From Cellvibrionaceae bacterium (lineage in GTDB: Bacteria; Pseudomonadota; Gammaproteobacteria; Pseudomonadales; Cellvibrionaceae): 64,000 nucleotides of DNA. The notes under the pieces are model-generated. The model made no database searches. It worked only from the letters and a program-made list of their open reading frames with translations, and was not told where the DNA came from. The DNA is taken from NCBI GenBank assembly GCA_965248935.1, contig OZ252214.1:2097874-2161873 (forward strand), written 5' to 3'. Both the position numbers and the translations under genes were made by a program. Positions 59,050 through 64,000 of the stretch are shown piece after piece (position 1 is the stretch's first letter; the number at the start of each line of letters is the position of its first letter).

Positions 59050-59634
59050 ATGGCGCTACCGACTCACCCCGCTCAACACTCTTCACCGTCCTCTACTTTT
59101 ACTCGAACTATTGGTGCCCTGACAAAAAGTATTGATATTGTTACCGTATGGACAGGAAAACTCCTTTCTTGGCTGACGCTGACGATGACATTAACGGTTG
59201 TATCGGTAGTTATTCTACGTTTTTTGTTCAGCATAGGCTCTATTGGCGCACAAGAATCCGTCACCTATATGCACGCAACAGTATTTTTGCTGTGCATGGC
59301 CTATACCGCTAGGGAAAACGGTCACGTTCGTGTGGATATCCTCTATTGCAAAGCCAGTGTTGTGCAAAGAGCCTGGGTCAATGCTTTGGGGGCGATTCTT
59401 TTTATGCTGCCTTTTGCTTTGTTTTTAACCTTTATCAGTTGGGGGATGGTTAGCCAGTCCTGGGAAATCAAAGAGGTATCCAGTAACCCAGGCGGTATTC
59501 CGGCTATTTTTATACTTAAGAGCCTTATCCCTGCCTGTGGAATACTTATGGCGCTCCACGCTATAAGCGAGATATTACGCAATCTGCTCACGCTAAGTTA
59601 TGCCAATAGTCCAAACGAAGGAGAGCAGGTCTAA
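59050..59634 (+). CDS. dctQ: TRAP transporter small permease (DctQ family).
   Basis: 194 aa, 4 TM segments. It overlaps dctM by 1 nt (TAATGG). Confidence 0.75.
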   Translation: MALPTHPAQHSSPSSTFTRTIGALTKSIDIVTVWTGKLLSWLTLTMTLTVVSVVILRFLFSIGSIGAQESVTYMHATVFLLCMAYTARENGHVRVDILYCKASVVQRAWVNALGAILFMLPFALFLTFISWGMVSQSWEIKEVSSNPGGIPAIFILKSLIPACGILMALHAISEILRNLLTLSYANSPNEGEQV

Positions 59635-61028
59635 TGGTCGAATTGATCCCTCTATGGATGTTTTTAGCCGTCTGCATCGCGTTAATGGCGGGTTACCCGG
59701 TAGCTTTTACCCTGGCGGGAACAGCATTACTCTTTGCGGGGTTTGGAATTATCTTCGACACCTTTAGCGCCAAACTTTTATTAGCCTACCCTGATCGTGT
59801 TTTTGGCACCATAAGCAATACCACGCTGATTGCCGTACCCCTGTTTGTTTTTATGGGGGTAATGCTGGAAAAGTCAAAAATTGCCGAAGAGCTTCTGGAA
59901 AACATGGCCAAGGTCATGGGGCGATTCCCCGCAGGTTTGGGCTTGGCGGTGGTACTTGTCGGCACCTTGATGGCCGCCAGCACAGGTATTGTCGGTGCCA
60001 CAGTTGTCACTATGGGTTTAATGTCCCTGCCCACTATGTTAAAGCGCAATTATGACCCCGCTTTAGCCACTGGAACCATTTGCGCCACCGGGACACTGGG
60101 GCAAATTATTCCCCCTTCTATTGCCTTGGTATTACTGGGAGATATTCTTTCCAGTGCCTACCAGGAGGCCCAGCTCAGTTTGGGAGTTTACAACGCGGCT
60201 CCGGTATCGGTGGGGGATTTATTTTTAGGGGCCATTGTTCCCGGCATTACGTTGGTGGCCATGTACTTGGTATATCTTGTATTGGTTGGCACCTTTGCCT
60301 CGCAAAAAGCCCCGCCGGTGGTGCCCGAAGAAGCATTAACAGAAATACCTTCGAAACGAATGCCTTCTAAACTAAGGTTATTTATTGCAATTTTGCCGCC
60401 AATTGCGCTGATATTGCTGGTATTAGGTTCAATTATCAAAGGCGCCGCGACTCCCACGGAAGCCGCTGGCGTCGGTGCTATGGCCGCCACATTGCTGGCC
60501 ATATGCAAAAAACAATTTAGTGTAGCCATGCTAAAAAGCGTGGTGGAATCCTCCACCAAAGTCACCGCCATGGTCTTTGCTATTTTGTTGGGCGCGTCTC
60601 TGTTCTCATTAGTTTTTCGAGGCTTTGGGGGTGAAGAGCTGATTAACCATTTCTTTTATTCGCTGCCCGGCGGAACCTTTACCGCTATTCTTGTGGTGAT
60701 GGTAGTGATTTTTTTCTTGGGCTTTATCCTCGATTTTATTGAGATCACCTTTGTCGTAGTACCACTTATTGGGCCGGTATTGCTCGCCGCCGGGGTAGAC
60801 CCGGTTTGGTTGGGGATAATGATCGCCTTGAATTTACAAACTTCGTTTTTAACTCCACCTTTCGGCTTTGCGCTTTTCTATCTTCGTGGCGTCGCACCAG
60901 ATTCCGTCACAACATCGTCAATTTACCGTGGCGTAGTACCGTTTATTGTTCTTCAGCTTCTGGTAATGGTGGCCTTAGCTGTTTGGCCATCTATGGCAAC
61001 TTGGTTGCCATCTTTAATACATAATTAA
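59634..61028 (+). CDS. dctM: TRAP transporter large permease (DctM family).
   Basis: 464-aa polytopic permease with typical DctM N-terminal motifs (MAGYPVAFTLAG). Confidence 0.85.
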   Translation: MVELIPLWMFLAVCIALMAGYPVAFTLAGTALLFAGFGIIFDTFSAKLLLAYPDRVFGTISNTTLIAVPLFVFMGVMLEKSKIAEELLENMAKVMGRFPAGLGLAVVLVGTLMAASTGIVGATVVTMGLMSLPTMLKRNYDPALATGTICATGTLGQIIPPSIALVLLGDILSSAYQEAQLSLGVYNAAPVSVGDLFLGAIVPGITLVAMYLVYLVLVGTFASQKAPPVVPEEALTEIPSKRMPSKLRLFIAILPPIALILLVLGSIIKGAATPTEAAGVGAMAATLLAICKKQFSVAMLKSVVESSTKVTAMVFAILLGASLFSLVFRGFGGEELINHFFYSLPGGTFTAILVVMVVIFFLGFILDFIEITFVVVPLIGPVLLAAGVDPVWLGIMIALNLQTSFLTPPFGFALFYLRGVAPDSVTTSSIYRGVVPFIVLQLLVMVALAVWPSMATWLPSLIHN

Positions 61029-61044
61029 AAAGAGGACTTTCCCC

Positions 61045-61437
61045 ATGGCAGATATAGATAATGACCCCACCCCAACCGGCGAGCTAACACTACAAACGCT
61101 CACCATGCCCCGCGATACCAATGCCAATGGTGATATTTTTGGCGGCTGGCTAATGTCGCAAATGGATTTGGCCGGAGCCATTGCCGCACGGGAAATTGCC
61201 AAAGGCAGAGTCACCACCGTCGCCATCGGCGATATGGTGTTTTTGCGGCCTGTTCCCGTTGGATGCACCGTAAGCTGCTATAGCGATGTGGTGAGCATAG
61301 GAAGGTCATCGCTCAAAATTCTTATTGAAGTATGGATAAAACACGCCGACCAATACGTTCGGTTAAAAGTCACTGAAGGGGAGTTTATTTATGTCGCTAT
61401 TGATAACAACGGGCGAACACGCCCCATACCTGAATAG
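61045..61437 (+). CDS. Acyl-CoA thioester hydrolase, hotdog fold (YciA-like).
   Basis: ..LTMPRDTNANGDIFGGWLMSQMDLAG..TVAIGDMVFLRPV.. matches YciA-type thioesterases. Confidence 0.75.
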   Translation: MADIDNDPTPTGELTLQTLTMPRDTNANGDIFGGWLMSQMDLAGAIAAREIAKGRVTTVAIGDMVFLRPVPVGCTVSCYSDVVSIGRSSLKILIEVWIKHADQYVRLKVTEGEFIYVAIDNNGRTRPIPE

Positions 61438-61525
61438 CAGCCCTCTATCAAAAGACTTCTTCGTACTTTATATTTCGAAGTACTTTATATTTCAGAGTAC
61501 TTTAAGTTTTAAGTGATTTGATTTT

Positions 61526-62392
61526 TTAAAATTTTGTTGTGGGGTTCATCAAAATACGCAGTGCTGCCCCGGGGTTTTTGGTTTTTCCTGAATTGGCACA
61601 TTCCCAATCTTTCATGCCCTCTCGGGCACCATCTTGCTCCCATTTAAAAAGGTGGGCTCTGCCCGGCTGAGTCAATACGGGCGTTTCTTCCTGTTTATCT
61701 TCAACTGGCTGCGTATTGAGTTCTACTTCTTTTTTCTCTTCACCTTTTTGAACCGTTTCGATAGCGATTTCTTGTAATTTTAACAACGCAAAAACTCTTT
61801 TCTTAATGTGTATAGTCATTGGCGATGTTTCAACCATTGGATCACCCGTTACCCCCACTAAGAACCGAGCATAAAGGTAATGTTCTACAGCGGCTAAATC
61901 ACAATTATCAAAGTCTTTGGTTCGCCTAAGTGTATAGATAGTTTTATAAAAATGGGCTACTTTTTGCGTTTGCGTCGCACCTGGATGGTTAACTAGCTCA
62001 CAACTGATCAAATTAATAACATCACTGTCATTGATAACTTTTTCTGGGCGTATTTTAGGTTCTATTGGAGTGACATTTGACACAGGGGTTTCCTTTTCGT
62101 TTTTTTCCGCTTTGGTTTTTGGTTTAATTTCTTGTTTAGCTGTTTTTTTTGTTGCGCGCTTAACAGGAAAGTCCAGTATTTGCACTTCGGCTAGCTTTTG
62201 TTCTTTGGTTTTATTCACTCGTGTTTCTAGTTCACGCACCTGTTGATTAAAGTGTATTGCATCTTTAAAGCCACAGCTAATACACTCTCTAATTTCACCA
62301 TCATCTTCTTTATAAACAACAATTTTATCCATTTCTGAACAGGACGGGCACACAGCCCCAGCAATAAAACGTTTAACAGGTATTTTTTTCAT
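61526..62392 (-). CDS. YheV-family (DUF2387 zinc-ribbon) domain protein with a long C-terminal extension.
   Basis: N-terminal CPSC...CISCGF zinc ribbon. 288 aa. The C-terminal ~180 aa are unassigned. Confidence 0.5.
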   Translation of the reverse strand: MKKIPVKRFIAGAVCPSCSEMDKIVVYKEDDGEIRECISCGFKDAIHFNQQVRELETRVNKTKEQKLAEVQILDFPVKRATKKTAKQEIKPKTKAEKNEKETPVSNVTPIEPKIRPEKVINDSDVINLISCELVNHPGATQTQKVAHFYKTIYTLRRTKDFDNCDLAAVEHYLYARFLVGVTGDPMVETSPMTIHIKKRVFALLKLQEIAIETVQKGEEKKEVELNTQPVEDKQEETPVLTQPGRAHLFKWEQDGAREGMKDWECANSGKTKNPGAALRILMNPTTKF

Positions 62393-62406
62393 TATTTACT
62401 TGAACC

Positions 62407-64000
62407 CTATTCACTTATTCCACAATGTCTCAACAACGGTTCCACACTGGGCTTTCTGCCTCTAAAATTTTCAAAAAGGGTCATGGCATCCTCGGAGCCG
62501 CCTTTTTGTAATATTTCGCTCAAAAATTTTGCGCCTGTGTGCGCATCAAAAATTCCTTTTTCTTCAAATAGAGAAAAGGCATCTGACGAAAGTACTTCAG
62601 CCCATTTATAACTATAATAACCCGCAGCATAACCCCCAGCAAAGATATGACTAAAACCATTTTGGAAACGGTTACTTGCTGGCGGTATCACCACGGCTAC
62701 TTTTTTTCTTACCTCATCCAACAGTGCTTGCACACCTGGGAAGGTGTCTGTTCCAAATTCCATATGCAAGCGAAAATCAAAAAGGGAAAACTCTAACTGC
62801 CTAACCAACTGCATAGCAGAATTGTAGTTTTTTGCCGCTAATAAATTATTGAGTTTTTCTTCTGGTAAGGGTTCGCCAGTATCAAAATGGCCAGATAAAA
62901 ATTCCAATACTTCTTTTTCCCAGCACCAGTTTTCCATAAATTGGCTTGGCAGCTCCACAGCATCCCAGGCTACGCCGTTTATGCCACTGACCGCCGCCAC
63001 ATTCACCTCGGTCAACATATGGTGCAAGCCATGACCAAACTCGTGGAATAGGGTAACGACATCATCGTGTTTTAGCAGCGCGGGGCCACCATCCACGCCA
63101 TTGTTAAAATTACACACTAAAAAGACCACCGGAATTTGTGGGCCAGACTGGCTATTTCGCTTAGTTCGGCAGTCAGCCATCCAGGCGCCGCCTCGCTTAT
63201 TTTCGCGCGCAAACACATCCAGGTAAAAGCTGGCGGTTTTTGTCTCCCCTGTGTATATATCAAAGAAACGCACATCCTCGTGCCAAGTTTCCTGCTCTTT
63301 GTTCTCGACAATACGCAAACCATATAAGCGGTTTGCAACAGTAAATAGGCCCGAGAGAACTTGATCTACGGGGAAGTAGGGCCGCAGTTCTTCTTGAGAA
63401 ACATTGTATCTGGCCTCTTTTAGCCGTTCTGCGTAATAGGGTCCATCCCAAGCATTCAATTCTTCTTTGCCAAACTCATCTTTCGCAAACTGTTTAAGCT
63501 CTTGGTATTGGGTTTCAGCAAAAGGCTTACCTTTTTGAGCTAGATCGTCTAAGAAGTCCAATACCTGCTGGGGAGTTTCAGCCATTTTAGGTGCAATGGA
63601 CTTTTCAGAGAAGTGGCTAAAACCCAACAGCTCCGCCAGCTCTTTTCTCAGCGAAAGAATATCTTCTATTATTTGGTCATTGTTCCACTGGCTAAGGTCT
63701 GCTTCAGCAAATGGGCCTTGGTTTGATGCGCGGGTACTAAAAGCCGTGTAGATTTCTTTGCGAAGGCTTTCGTCTTCCGCCTGGGTAATCACACTAAAAT
63801 AAACCGGCATATCCAGTGTCAGCAAGTAACCTTCTTTGCCCTTTTGCTCCGCCCGTTGTTTCGCAGCAGCTATATCCATTGCCGATAAACCTTTTAACGT
63901 GGATTCGTCCACTACAAGACAGGTCCAACCCTGAGTAGCGTCAAGCACATTATTAGCGAACTTAGTGGTTAATTGCGATAGTTCGCTGCGAATTGCAGCA
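62407..64000 (-). CDS. prlC: Oligopeptidase A (M3 family), C-terminal ~530 codons. The gene continues past the window end; the tracked ORF begins at a GTG at 63948, but the frame is open to 64000.
   Basis: HEFGHGLHHMLT (HExxH) with the ..ELPSQFMENW.. M3 signature. The frame stays open upstream to the window edge. Confidence 0.85.
   Translation of the reverse strand, partial: AAIRSELSQLTTKFANNVLDATQGWTCLVVDESTLKGLSAMDIAAAKQRAEQKGKEGYLLTLDMPVYFSVITQAEDESLRKEIYTAFSTRASNQGPFAEADLSQWNNDQIIEDILSLRKELAELLGFSHFSEKSIAPKMAETPQQVLDFLDDLAQKGKPFAETQYQELKQFAKDEFGKEELNAWDGPYYAERLKEARYNVSQEELRPYFPVDQVLSGLFTVANRLYGLRIVENKEQETWHEDVRFFDIYTGETKTASFYLDVFARENKRGGAWMADCRTKRNSQSGPQIPVVFLVCNFNNGVDGGPALLKHDDVVTLFHEFGHGLHHMLTEVNVAAVSGINGVAWDAVELPSQFMENWCWEKEVLEFLSGHFDTGEPLPEEKLNNLLAAKNYNSAMQLVRQLEFSLFDFRLHMEFGTDTFPGVQALLDEVRKKVAVVIPPASNRFQNGFSHIFAGGYAAGYYSYKWAEVLSSDAFSLFEEKGIFDAHTGAKFLSEILQKGGSEDAMTLFENFRGRKPSVEPLLRHCGISE

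Overview
This 64-kb window appears to come from a marine gammaproteobacterium. Poly-serine linkers joining CBM5/12-like modules suggest a Cellvibrionaceae-like organism (Saccharophagus/Teredinibacter type), but this is an inference only.

Core genes:
- cytochrome c oxidase coxA (partial) and coxB (1-1806)
- a MATE efflux pump
- DUF2058/YaiL and DUF938 proteins
- the pstSCAB-phoU operon (53.2-58.8 kb)
- a TRAP dctQM pair
- a YciA-like thioesterase
- oligopeptidase A (partial)

Accessory content is dense:
1. Two tandem secreted M4 (thermolysin-like) zinc metalloproteases carry double C-terminal chitin-binding-type modules. Their 5' ends are near-identical, consistent with gene conversion.
2. A toxin island spans 10.4-19.9 kb. 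It contains a stand-alone PAAR-like (DUF4150) spike protein, a degenerate beta-ketoacyl-synthase-like gene broken by an in-frame stop, an AHH-family HNH nuclease toxin and its putative immunity gene. It also contains a 1.38-kb direct repeat that duplicates a ytoQ/immunity/toxin-3' cassette (one ytoQ copy is frameshifted), an AbiEi/AbiEii pair, a GNAT-like gene and tandem overlapping mini-gene pairs.
3. A membrane-remodelling gene neighbourhood spans 22.3-35.1 kb. The minus-strand operon is YqiJ/NfeD-like, flotillin (SPFH) and a 1776-aa AAA+ (MoxR/McrB/dynein-like AAA_5) protein. It is followed by a rhomboid protease and a Zn-ribbon polytopic membrane protein. It is divergently paired with YjfI-like and PspA/IM30 (ESCRT-III-like) genes across an intergenic region holding four copies of a perfect 13-bp palindrome, GACATA-N-TATGTC.
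4. A toxin-antitoxin-rich stretch spans 36.2-43.9 kb. It holds DinJ plus a frameshifted YafQ, YefM-YoeB, BrnT with two BrnA-like genes, ParDE and an orphan BrnT-like gene, together with an IS630 transposase relic and an integrase fragment.
5. A type I restriction-modification system (hsdM-hsdS-orf-hsdR) with an adjacent YgjP-like metallopeptidase lies at 43.9-52.4 kb.

No CRISPR array, rRNA or convincing tRNA was seen. All family assignments are from motif recognition by eye and were not database-verified.
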